Assembly: GCA_017483305.1 (NCBI GenBank)
Contig: JAFULC010000044.1
Coordinates: 127,866-191,865, forward strand
Source: Clostridia bacterium
Lineage (GTDB): Bacteria > Bacillota > Clostridia > Oscillospirales > CAG-272
Direction: 5' to 3'
Length of the DNA: 64,000 bases
The position numbers were made by a program, and so were the translations under genes. How positions within the stretch are numbered: position 1 is the stretch's first letter; every line of letters begins with the position of its first letter. The notes under the pieces are model-generated. The model worked only from the letters and a program-made list of their open reading frames with translations, was not told where the DNA came from and searched no databases. Below, in pieces: positions 28,501 to 35,813 of this stretch.

Positions 28501-30671
28501 ACTGCGTCGGCAACGTTCTTGCCGTTGACGGTGCTTACAATTATTTCCCCATAAACCTCACCGCAGACGGTCAATTCCATACCGCAAGGATCAACACAAG
28601 CGACCTCGGTGCCGCTTGGACGGGCAAGCTCAATCAGCTGAGAGTCGACTTCTTGCACGAGGCAGCTGCAGGCGACGTATTCTACATCAGATCCGTAAAG
28701 CTCGGAAAGGCAAATTCTTATATTCTCAACTCGGGCTTTGCTGATGATGCTCTCAGATCACAGATAGTCGACGGATACGGCGAGCACGATAACTCCTCGA
28801 TCTCCGCAACCGTTAACACAAATTACGTTACTGTTACTAAATCCCACGCAAACGGCGCATACTTTACCGTTCGCACCAATACCGAATCGACAAACAACGA
28901 AACGGGTCAATATCTCGTTATGAAGTACAGAACGGACAGTGCAAGCCTCAAGAATTTCAATATTTTTGCAAGCACCTCCGAATATTCCGCCAAGGACGGA
29001 GCTGTCAGATTTGACAACTCACACCTGATCTCCGACGGAGAGTGGCATATAACCTATATCGATCTGTCGCAGATGAGCTCCGTAGTTCCTTCCGCTGACG
29101 GAAAGTATTACCTCAAGTATTTCAGACTCGACATGACCGAAGCGATGGCTGTTGGAGAATCAATCGATATCGCCTACGTAGGTCTTTGTAACGCAGATGC
29201 GCTCAAGATGCTTTCGGCGGATAGCGATTTTGGCTATCTCGAGGGCAACCACAGGTATCATTTCCAGATAGATGGGCTTACCAACGGTACGACTGACTAC
29301 ATTACCAATGGTTTCGTGAATTCGACAACGATGCTTTCAACCCCCGTTATGTCTACTAACGACAAGTGGCAGCTGGCAATAAGTAGCGGTTGGATCGCAC
29401 TCGACAATCCGGATGAGCTTGCGGGGCTGTACTATCAGGTAATTGACGCAAAGGGCAATCACAGCGCATGGATGGCTGCAGACGGGGCGTTGAGAGAGCC
29501 GGAGGATACGCTCGTACCGTACGTCAACAGCACTGCTCCGATGAACACTTATACCGACCCCACTGTAAAGAGAGTATCCTATAACCTTGATCTCAGCAAC
29601 TTCGGCGGACAGGTAACCGTGGTCGTTGCCGCTGCTTTCTGGGATAACGCGGTCAGCGGAGGAGTATCTATTCAGAATCTGTGGGAATTTGACGTAGATC
29701 TCCCCACGTTTGCTCCTCAAAGCATCGTTACAAATGCGACCACCGCGGGACAGGGACATCTCATAGGAGCAGAAAACCTAGAGGCAGCAAAGCTAACCGA
29801 TGGATATTTGACTCTGACAAAGAAATCCAATACTGCCGGAGAGACCTACTTCTCGCTCCTGATCAATTCGGCTTCGGACACCGTAAAGATAGCGACCGGC
29901 AAATATCTTGCGATCAAGTACAGAGGCAACACGTCGGGTGCCGCATACTCGCAGACGTATAATATCTACGCAAGCACCAACATTTACGCCGCAGAGAACG
30001 GCAATCAGTGCCTCTCCAATAACAAGCTTACAGTCGATAACGAATGGCACGTAGCTTACTTCGATCTCTCGCAGATCAGCGATGTAGCGGCAGTAAACGG
30101 CGAGTATTACATTAACTTTGTAAGATTTGATTTCCTGACAAGTCTTCGCGTGGGCGACAGCGTTGATATTGCGTATATCGATTTGTTTGATGCGACATGG
30201 CATGCTTCTATTGACCAATTCTTATATGACGTAGACGGCAATTTTGAAGTTGTAGAGGGCACGATCAACGGAGCAAGCACCAATAATGTAAACGGAAACA
30301 CTATATCCGTCGGTGAAACTAAGTATTCAAATATAACGGCTAACTACGTTTGTATCTCGGCTGGCTGGCTTGCTGTTGACGGATACGATATTTCGGCTTT
30401 GAACTGTAAGATCTATAACGCTGACGGAACACTTCTTAGCACCGTCGCATGTAATCTTGATCCCGCCGAGTCCGGTGTGGTAACTCACGTTTCCGGAATG
30501 GGCTACGGAGAAGGCACAGTTCCTTATAGAATCGTGAGTGCAAATGCCCCGTTCGTAGTCGTTGATCTCAACGCATACAAGGGTCAGACCGTAACGGTCG
30601 TTTACGAGGCTACCCTCGTCGGAGCAAGAGAAGCCATCGAAATAATCCGCATTAATGCAACAGTTTCGTAA
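25596..30671 (+). CDS. Giant secreted multi-module protein, paralogue 3 (1691 aa), same architecture as paralogue 2
   Basis: Signal peptide MKKLITKALAVLLICLFVISGFNFS. Core is KLGINLTWGGAISELYDL...DTGRLIQQSYYG...WSYNPVQGGD. C-terminal modules include TGQYLVMKYRT...DGEWHITYIDLS. Confidence 0.85.
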   Translation: MKKLITKALAVLLICLFVISGFNFSILADNTVQTDEKLAAINLGISGKISLMFYFTNIDEISGFRVTVGSGEVSFVDKSELKYDSAKGRYLLTVKLAAAQQTDLVTLQAIDKNGNASSTVRQYSIRDYANKLLNLASSNSAYAVAAETVKFMLNYGAMAQKHFNYNAGNLANEGLYYRGTNPVDDMSYEDMYGIAAPSSYPLKENASQKPIWDVIHFTHVNAYLEDTVSLRFYFEYNGTKELEVWIGYIDSNGNTADSTKYENEILQDENGDYYVLINNIPSTCFNKQYSVLISEGTDNYAVMNYSVLNYVQAALASTDSETLRNVAYSMFQFYVCSSAYAGTPAPGFTAMSSACSHERTYTDAHLGNAVLCSDCAYNKGASGYFNLEGNTITANRGTANEFAYQATGYTEAYGETGLYVPAGQKLVITGDKIYSSTLTNRFHLQYYASVPVKLTMTYSHGGTTTDEIYYMEAGENTFSAVDYSFLASNGGGAENDKVTYYKDSSNFTLSKITVEPVESGKDMNFVLFHYYAETVNPSLTQVKYNEKTCYLSYVQDAHYKLGINLTWGGAISELYDLTASSGSINSGTNLINASDTGRLIQQSYYGTNGDSDPNYTPHYWKSRDDLPYAKWSYNPVQGGDANNNQSRIIDFETGSDYIYIKAQPLDWANHVLNANGTYTQTDSRFTFCYIENRYTLKGDYIQVDNRMVDFSGYTHPYTTQELPAFYTLAYFDDYYWYNGSDPWNLTSGTANLTREDNLPFWGDTAKFAETTFNYQVSNTETWGAFVNESTLYGLGMYVPNIDVIKGGRLDGSEENKVADATSGYTSYFAPLKTLKIVCYEPIEYSYLLCAGNINTIRSVFTANQNFASNYSLNENSISQKIPDEINLEYIDFSDKTNALFVRDMTNTISSFDASVGAVRLDVTAGDPYFHLNYSLYDTVYTADNYDYIEFEYMIPAGVAGRNYQAQLFYCVGNVLAVDGAYNYFPINLTADGQFHTARINTSDLGAAWTGKLNQLRVDFLHEAAAGDVFYIRSVKLGKANSYILNSGFADDALRSQIVDGYGEHDNSSISATVNTNYVTVTKSHANGAYFTVRTNTESTNNETGQYLVMKYRTDSASLKNFNIFASTSEYSAKDGAVRFDNSHLISDGEWHITYIDLSQMSSVVPSADGKYYLKYFRLDMTEAMAVGESIDIAYVGLCNADALKMLSADSDFGYLEGNHRYHFQIDGLTNGTTDYITNGFVNSTTMLSTPVMSTNDKWQLAISSGWIALDNPDELAGLYYQVIDAKGNHSAWMAADGALREPEDTLVPYVNSTAPMNTYTDPTVKRVSYNLDLSNFGGQVTVVVAAAFWDNAVSGGVSIQNLWEFDVDLPTFAPQSIVTNATTAGQGHLIGAENLEAAKLTDGYLTLTKKSNTAGETYFSLLINSASDTVKIATGKYLAIKYRGNTSGAAYSQTYNIYASTNIYAAENGNQCLSNNKLTVDNEWHVAYFDLSQISDVAAVNGEYYINFVRFDFLTSLRVGDSVDIAYIDLFDATWHASIDQFLYDVDGNFEVVEGTINGASTNNVNGNTISVGETKYSNITANYVCISAGWLAVDGYDISALNCKIYNADGTLLSTVACNLDPAESGVVTHVSGMGYGEGTVPYRIVSANAPFVVVDLNAYKGQTVTVVYEATLVGAREAIEIIRINATVS

Positions 30672-30748
30672 TCTCCTTACGCGTTGACGAACTTTAAACA
30701 AATGCAAAACCCCGAGTCCCGCTTCGGCGGGGCTCGGGGGGAAAATTT

Positions 30749-30781
30749 AAAAGGAGCTTTGCTTCAGCAAAGCTCCTTTTT
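30749..30781. terminator. Bidirectional terminator (giant gene 3 / serA); preceded by a second GC hairpin at 30710-30740
   Basis: AAAAGGAGCTTTGC-ttca-GCAAAGCTCCTTTTT. Confidence 0.85.
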
Positions 30782-30789
30782 CTGTTTAT

Positions 30790-31950
30790 TCACTTCAAAA
30801 TTCTGACTCTGATGACGCCTTCGATGGCTTTGAGCTTATCAAGAGAATCGGCGCTTGCCTCGCCCGTGATATCAAGAATGGTATACGCAACCTCTCCGCG
30901 AGATTTGTTGGTCATATTCTCGATATTGATTCCCTGCTCCGAGAAGCAGGTGGTAATGCTCGAGAGCACTGCGGGAACGTTCTTATGAAGCATACATATT
31001 CTCGCGTCTCCGCTGCGAGCCATTGAGATCGCGGGGAAATTGACGCTGTTGCGGACGTTTCCGTTGGTAAGATAATCGGCGAGCTCCTGCGCCGCCATGA
31101 CTGCGCAGTTGTCCTCGCTCTCCTCGGTGGATGCGCCGAGGTGGGGGATAGCAACCACGCCCTTGACGTTTATTACCTCTTCGGTGGGGAAATCGGTCAC
31201 GTATGCGGCTACCTTTCCGCTTCCAAGCGCTTCCTTGAGGTCTGCCGCGTTTACGAGGTCTGCGCGCGAGAAATTGAGAATTCTCACACCGTCCTTCATC
31301 TTCGCGATGGTCTCTTTGTTTATCATTCCCTTGGTCTGCGGTGTGGAGGGCACATGGAGGGTAATATAATCCGCGCAAGCATAAATATCGTCATACGATA
31401 CCGCCTTGGTCACGTGGTGATTGAGGTTCCAAGCCGCCTCTACCGACAGATAGGGATCACATCCAACGACGTTCATACGAAGATGGACTGCCGTATTCGC
31501 TACCATACCGCCGATAGCGCCAAGTCCGATAACGCCAAGAGTCTTGCCTGCGACCTCAACGCCCGCAAACTTACTCTTGCCCTTCTCTACCTGCTTGGCT
31601 ACGTCTTCGGTAAGCGTGCCTGCCCACTTCACGCCGCCGACCACATCTCTCGACGCGAGCATAAGTCCGCAAACGACCAGCTCCTTGACCGCGTTCGCAT
31701 TAGCTCCCGGGGTGTTGAATACGACAACGCCGTGCTCGGTACACCTGTCTATCGGTATGTTATTTACTCCCGCACCCGCTCTTGCGATAGCGCGAAGCTC
31801 GGGATTGAATTCCATATCAAGCATATTTGCCGAACGCACCATTATGCCGTAGGGCGCATCTACGTCCTCGCCTACGTTGAAAAGCTCTCGGTCAAGCTTG
31901 TCTGTGCCGACCTTGGCTATTTTGTTGAGTAATTTTATGTTTTTGATCAT
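30790..31950 (-). CDS. serA: D-3-phosphoglycerate dehydrogenase with C-terminal ACT domain
   Basis: 386 aa. GKTLGVIGLGAIGGMVA NAD-binding motif, 2-hydroxyacid dehydrogenase core and an ACT tail. Confidence 0.9.
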   Translation of the reverse strand: MIKNIKLLNKIAKVGTDKLDRELFNVGEDVDAPYGIMVRSANMLDMEFNPELRAIARAGAGVNNIPIDRCTEHGVVVFNTPGANANAVKELVVCGLMLASRDVVGGVKWAGTLTEDVAKQVEKGKSKFAGVEVAGKTLGVIGLGAIGGMVANTAVHLRMNVVGCDPYLSVEAAWNLNHHVTKAVSYDDIYACADYITLHVPSTPQTKGMINKETIAKMKDGVRILNFSRADLVNAADLKEALGSGKVAAYVTDFPTEEVINVKGVVAIPHLGASTEESEDNCAVMAAQELADYLTNGNVRNSVNFPAISMARSGDARICMLHKNVPAVLSSITTCFSEQGINIENMTNKSRGEVAYTILDITGEASADSLDKLKAIEGVIRVRILK

Positions 31951-31991
31951 AACAACGAGCTCCTTAATAGTTAGTTTGTGCGATGGATTAT

Positions 31992-32197
31992 CTTCTTTTC
32001 TTGAAAGAAAAGAAGCAAAAGAACTTTCCCGATATTTGGGTTCTACATAGTATCAATGCAACATCGGAGAGCAGGCTAAAATTCGGCTTGCTGAATTTTA
32101 GCGTTTTCAGCTTGCTGAAAACAGGTCACATTCACCTTTGTTAGAACCCAAAATGCCGGAAGTTTCTTTGCCTACTTTCTTTTCCAAAGAAAGTAGG
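31992..32197. repeat. ~206-bp MITE-like palindromic element in the serC-serA spacer: terminal hairpins plus ~30-nt imperfect inverted repeats and two internal hairpins
   Basis: Left end is CTTCTTTTCTTgaAAGAAAAGAAG + CAAAAGAACTTTCCCGATATTTGGGTTCTA. Right end is TAGAACCCAAAATGCCGGAAGTTTCTTTG + CCTACTTTCTTTtccAAAGAAAGTAGG. Internal hairpins are GCTAAAATTC-N8-GAATTTTAGC and GTTTTCAG-cttg-CTGAAAAC. Confidence 0.7.
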
Positions 32198-32227
32198 TCG
32201 CCGAAGGCACGCAGCCCCCGCTTCCCT

Positions 32228-33325
32228 TTACGCCTTAGGATTCTCCTCGGCAAATTTCTTCATAAACGCGACGAGCGCTTCTACGCCCTCATAGGGCATA
32301 GCATTGTAAATAGAGGCTCTCATACCGCCAACGCTTCTGTGTCCCTTGAGGTTTTTAAGTCCTGCCTTGGATGCTTCACTTGCAAATTTCTTATCGAGGT
32401 CGGCGTCGCCCGTAACAAACGTGACGTTCATCAAGGAACGCGACTCGGGCTTAACGGGAGCGAGGTAATAGCTCTGGCTGTCGAGGTAATCGTAAAGGAG
32501 CTTTGCCTTTTTTTCGTTAATTTCCTTCATCGCTTCAAGACCGCCGAGATTTTCGATCCACTTATATACAAGTCCTGCAACGTATATAGCGTAGCAGGGG
32601 GGAGTATTGTACATCGAGTCGTTGTCCGCCATGGTCTTCCAATCGAGCATTGTGGGGATGCTTTCGTCGGCATAGCCGAGAAGGTCCTCGCGGACGATTA
32701 CGAGAGTAACTCCTGCGGGTGCCATGTTCTTCTGCGCGCCTGCGTAGATCACTCCGAATTTAGTCACGTCGATCGGCTCGGAGATAATGCAGGACGAAAG
32801 GTCTGCAACCAGCGGAACGTCTCCGGTCTCGGGGATATAGGGATATTTTGTTCCGTATATAGTGTTATTGAAGCAGATGTGGAGATAGGACGCGTCCTGA
32901 TCGACCATATCCTTGGTGATCATAGGGACGTGATCGAAATTATCGTCCTTTGTGGTGGCGATGCATTTCGCGTTATATCCCATCTTCTGCGCTTCCTTAT
33001 ACGCCTTGCCCGAGAACTGTCCCGAAACGGCGTAAAGCGCCTTTTTTGCGGGCTTGAGGTTGATCAGATTCATGGGAACCGATGCAAACTGTGTGGATGC
33101 GCCGCCCTGAAGGAAAAGAACCTTGTAGTTATCGGGTATGTTCATAAGCGTGCGAAGGTCTGCCTCCGCCTTTTTGATTATCGCGTCGTAGTCCGGAGAT
33201 CGATGGCTCATTTCCATTACCGACATTCCCGACTCTCCATAGCAGACCATTTCGCTTGCTGCTTGTTCGAGCACGGGCAGGGGGAGCATAGAAGGGCCTG
33301 CAGAAAAATTATAAACTCTGTTCAT
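32228..33325 (-). CDS. serC: Phosphoserine aminotransferase
   Basis: Start at MNRVYNFSAGPSMLP (GGAGG RBS). The track's extension to 33418 is rejected. Class-V aminotransferase pattern throughout. Confidence 0.92.
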   Translation of the reverse strand: MNRVYNFSAGPSMLPLPVLEQAASEMVCYGESGMSVMEMSHRSPDYDAIIKKAEADLRTLMNIPDNYKVLFLQGGASTQFASVPMNLINLKPAKKALYAVSGQFSGKAYKEAQKMGYNAKCIATTKDDNFDHVPMITKDMVDQDASYLHICFNNTIYGTKYPYIPETGDVPLVADLSSCIISEPIDVTKFGVIYAGAQKNMAPAGVTLVIVREDLLGYADESIPTMLDWKTMADNDSMYNTPPCYAIYVAGLVYKWIENLGGLEAMKEINEKKAKLLYDYLDSQSYYLAPVKPESRSLMNVTFVTGDADLDKKFASEASKAGLKNLKGHRSVGGMRASIYNAMPYEGVEALVAFMKKFAEENPKA

Positions 33326-33443
33326 AACAACCTCCGTTCGCCGCTTGCAGCGGCTTAAATGAAATTTGCGATAATTGACCAAATAAGCGTTACGGCCATT
33401 GAAAATCGCCGTTCGCAAGACGTCAAAAATCTAATTACTAATT

Positions 33444-33472
33444 ATTATATAGCAAAAAATTCTTCCCGTCAA
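33444..33472 (-). promoter_or_regulatory. Sigma-A promoter of serC-serA (TTGACG-17-TATAAT, minus strand)
   Basis: Minus strand reads TTGACGggaagaattttttgctaTATAAT. Confidence 0.7.
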
Positions 33473-33825
33473 GACGTTTTAGTAAATTAAAGCGGAAAGT
33501 CGCGATTTTTTGTTACAATTCACAGAAAACTTTTCCGTGTGAAATCTATTTTGTAAGTCTTGCCGTCCCAAAATATCTATCGGTCAAAAATCCTTGTACT
33601 CAAAGCTTGTTTGTCGGGCACGGTTCAAGCCCTTTGCATATAATGATAACGAAGAGCTCTCTCCTCGCAGCTCTTCACAATCGCCCGGGCTCACGGCGCG
33701 ATTTCTTGGAAAAGAGAAAGGATATTTTATCTTTTCGTGTTTAAAAGCCCCTTAATTGCGGCAAAAATATTTCCGAAGGATAAAGCGCGTCGCAGACGGC
33801 ATTAAAGCGAAAGGAATTTTTGAAA

Positions 33826-34284
33826 ATGATATCGAATATAAAACGGGGAGATATATTTTACGCCGATCTGAGTCCTGTGGTCGGCAGCGAGCAAGGCGGC
33901 CTGCGCCCTGTTCTGATAATTCAGAATGATGTCGGAAACAGGTACAGTCCTACGGTCATCGCCGCTGCGATCACCTCGCGCATGGGAAAGACCAAGCTGC
34001 CCACTCATATAGATATTCACGCCGACAGAGTGGGGCTCGCAAAGGATTCGGTCATTCTCCTCGAACAGATAAGAACGCTCGACAAGCGCAGACTCAAGGA
34101 AAAAATGGGGCATCTTGACGGCGCGGTGATGACTCAGGTGAACAGTGCCATCGCTGTCAGCTTCGGGCTTGGCAGCTCTTACGAGGGCGCCCCCGATGTG
34201 ACCACCACGGGCACTCACTCCGCCGTAGCATCGGTGGCAAACGCTTATTCCGACGGCGAGGGCAATCCAAGCGTTCTCGGATGA
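33826..34284 (+). CDS. mazF: MazF/PemK (EndoA-type) endoribonuclease toxin with a ~38-aa C-terminal extension
   Basis: [47 protein letters not shown]...[11 protein letters not shown] is the MazF signature. AAGGA RBS lies 10 nt before ATG 33826. 152 aa versus the usual ~115. Confidence 0.85.
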   Translation: MISNIKRGDIFYADLSPVVGSEQGGLRPVLIIQNDVGNRYSPTVIAAAITSRMGKTKLPTHIDIHADRVGLAKDSVILLEQIRTLDKRRLKEKMGHLDGAVMTQVNSAIAVSFGLGSSYEGAPDVTTTGTHSAVASVANAYSDGEGNPSVLG

Positions 34285-34294
34285 TCTTTTTTCG

Positions 34295-34333
34295 GGCGAC
34301 TCGCGCCAAAGGGCGTCGGGTCGCCTTTTGAGA
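34295..34333 (+). terminator. Terminator after mazF (GGCGAC...GTCGCC-TTTTGAGA)
   Basis: GGCGAC-19 nt-GTCGCC followed by TTTTGAGA. The same GTCGCCTTTTGAGA tail recurs at 34579-34592. Confidence 0.6.
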
Positions 34334-34458
34334 CCGCCGAAAAAGCTGTTCTACCGCAAGCAGAGAAAAAGCAGAAATGGGAAGGCAGCATAAAAAACAG
34401 CTCAGAAAAGAGATAAGCACAAGAATTTCATCGAGAAATCCTTGTGCTTGCTTGCTTT

Positions 34459-34510
34459 TTCCGTTCTTACACTCTGGCGTACCCTCGTACGCCAGAGTGT
34501 AAGAACGGAA
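34459..34510. repeat. Perfect 24-bp-stem palindrome (TTCCGTTCTTACACTCTGGCGTAC-cctc-GTACGCCAGAGTGTAAGAACGGAA)
   Basis: Read directly. It lies in a 435-bp ORF-poor spacer with at least 4 further hairpins. Confidence 0.85.
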
Positions 34511-34570
34511 AATATACCTACCTTTTTCGAGGTCTCCCAGCGTGTCGAGACTTTCTCGACACGTAAAAAG

Positions 34571-34592
34571 GGCGACCAGTCGCCTTTTGAGA
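34571..34592 (+). terminator. Second terminator-like hairpin GGCGAC-ca-GTCGCC-TTTTGAGA
   Basis: Near-duplicate of the mazF terminator tail. May end a short transcript from the spacer. Confidence 0.45.
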
Positions 34593-34653
34593 CTTTTACA
34601 GTCGATCACTGTGCGTTTTTTTCAAAAAACTTGGAAAAAGTTTGATCTTACTA

Positions 34654-34682
34654 TTGATTTTAACGCTTTTATGTGATAAAAT
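34654..34682 (+). promoter_or_regulatory. Sigma-A promoter of fba (TTGATT-17-TAAAAT with TGn extension)
   Basis: -35 at 34654-34659 and -10 at 34677-34682, preceded by TGA. Confidence 0.7.
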
Positions 34683-34750
34683 ACTAATGTATATAAAAAA
34701 TTCAATGCTTCGGTCTTTTTCCGTTAAAGCCGAAGAGGAAAGGTGATAAA

Positions 34751-35710
34751 ATGGCACTTGTAAACACAAAGGAAATGTTTAAAAAGGCATACGAGGGCGG
34801 CTACGCTATCGGTGCATTCAACATCAACAATATGGAGATCGTTCAGGCGATCACCGAGGCTGCAGGTGAGCTTCGCTCCCCCGTTATCCTTCAGGTATCG
34901 GCAGGCGCGCGCAAGTACGCAAAGCAGGAGTATCTTATGGCTCTCGCTAACGCGGCGATCAAGGATAGCGGCGTTGATCTCGCGCTCCATCTCGACCACG
35001 GCGCAGATTTTGAGATCTGCAAGGCTTGTATCGACGGTGGATTCACCTCTGTTATGATCGACGGCTCTCACCACTCCTTCGAGGACAACATCGCTCTTAC
35101 CAGAAAGGTCGTTGAGTACGCTCACGAGCGCGGAGTCGTTGTCGAGGGTGAGCTCGGAGTTCTCGCAGGTGTTGAGGACGACGTGGTTGCAGAGCACTCC
35201 TCCTACACCCGTCCCGAGGAGGTTGAGGAGTTCGTTACCCGCACCGGAGTTGACTCTCTCGCGATTTCGATCGGTACATCTCACGGAGCATACAAGTTCA
35301 CTCCCAAGCAGTGCACCAGAAACGAAAAGGGTATTCTCGTTCCTCCCCCTCTCCGCTTCGATATTCTCGAGGAGATCGAAAAGAGACTTCCCCAGTTCCC
35401 CATCGTTCTTCACGGCGCTTCCAGTGTGCCTCAGGAGTACGTTCAGGAGATCAATGCTATCGGCGGCAAGCTTCCCGACGCGGTAGGCATCCCCGAGGAG
35501 CAGCTCAGAAAGGCAGCTTCGATGGCAGTTTGCAAGATCAACATCGACTCCGATATCCGTCTTGCTATGACCGCAGGAATCCGCCGTGTGCTGACCGAAA
35601 AGCCCGACGTATTTGACCCCAGAGCATACCTCACCGTTGCAAGAGCAGAGGTCAAGAAGATGGTCGCTCACAAGATCCAGAACGTTCTCGGTTCTGCAAA
35701 TACTCTTTAA
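34751..35710 (+). CDS. fba: Class II fructose-1,6-bisphosphate aldolase
   Basis: 319 aa. YAIGAFNINNME...PVILQVS...LHLDHG...SVMIDGSH signature. Confidence 0.93.
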   Translation: MALVNTKEMFKKAYEGGYAIGAFNINNMEIVQAITEAAGELRSPVILQVSAGARKYAKQEYLMALANAAIKDSGVDLALHLDHGADFEICKACIDGGFTSVMIDGSHHSFEDNIALTRKVVEYAHERGVVVEGELGVLAGVEDDVVAEHSSYTRPEEVEEFVTRTGVDSLAISIGTSHGAYKFTPKQCTRNEKGILVPPPLRFDILEEIEKRLPQFPIVLHGASSVPQEYVQEINAIGGKLPDAVGIPEEQLRKAASMAVCKINIDSDIRLAMTAGIRRVLTEKPDVFDPRAYLTVARAEVKKMVAHKIQNVLGSANTL

Positions 35711-35722
35711 TCTTAGAAACTC

Positions 35723-35756
35723 AAAAAAGGCTAAGTATACATACTCAGCCTTTTTT
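35723..35756 (+). terminator. fba terminator
   Basis: AAAAAAGGCTAAGTAT-ac-ATACTCAGCCTTTTTT (one mismatch). Confidence 0.8.
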
Positions 35757-35813
35757 GGCTTATAGAAAAGACTCCCGCGCTGTCGCGGAAACACCACATA
35801 ATCGGAGAATTAA

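Noticed and set aside
30710-30740. GC-rich hairpin CCCCGAGTCCCGC-ttcg-GCGGGGCTCGGGG as the terminator of giant gene 3.
   Set aside because: It is not followed by a T-tract on the plus strand. The adjacent hairpin at 30749-30781 has T-runs on both sides and is the more credible bidirectional terminator. The first hairpin is probably a duplicated relic of the 25321-25350 terminator.
33520-33550. AATTCACAGAAAACTTTTCCGTGTGAAAT inverted repeat, resembling both a CodY-box (AATTTTCWGAAAATT, ~12/15) and the GTGAAAT array motif.
   Set aside because: It is a single occurrence with several mismatches. A 7-mer is expected by chance several times in 64 kb, so there is not enough evidence to call a regulator site.
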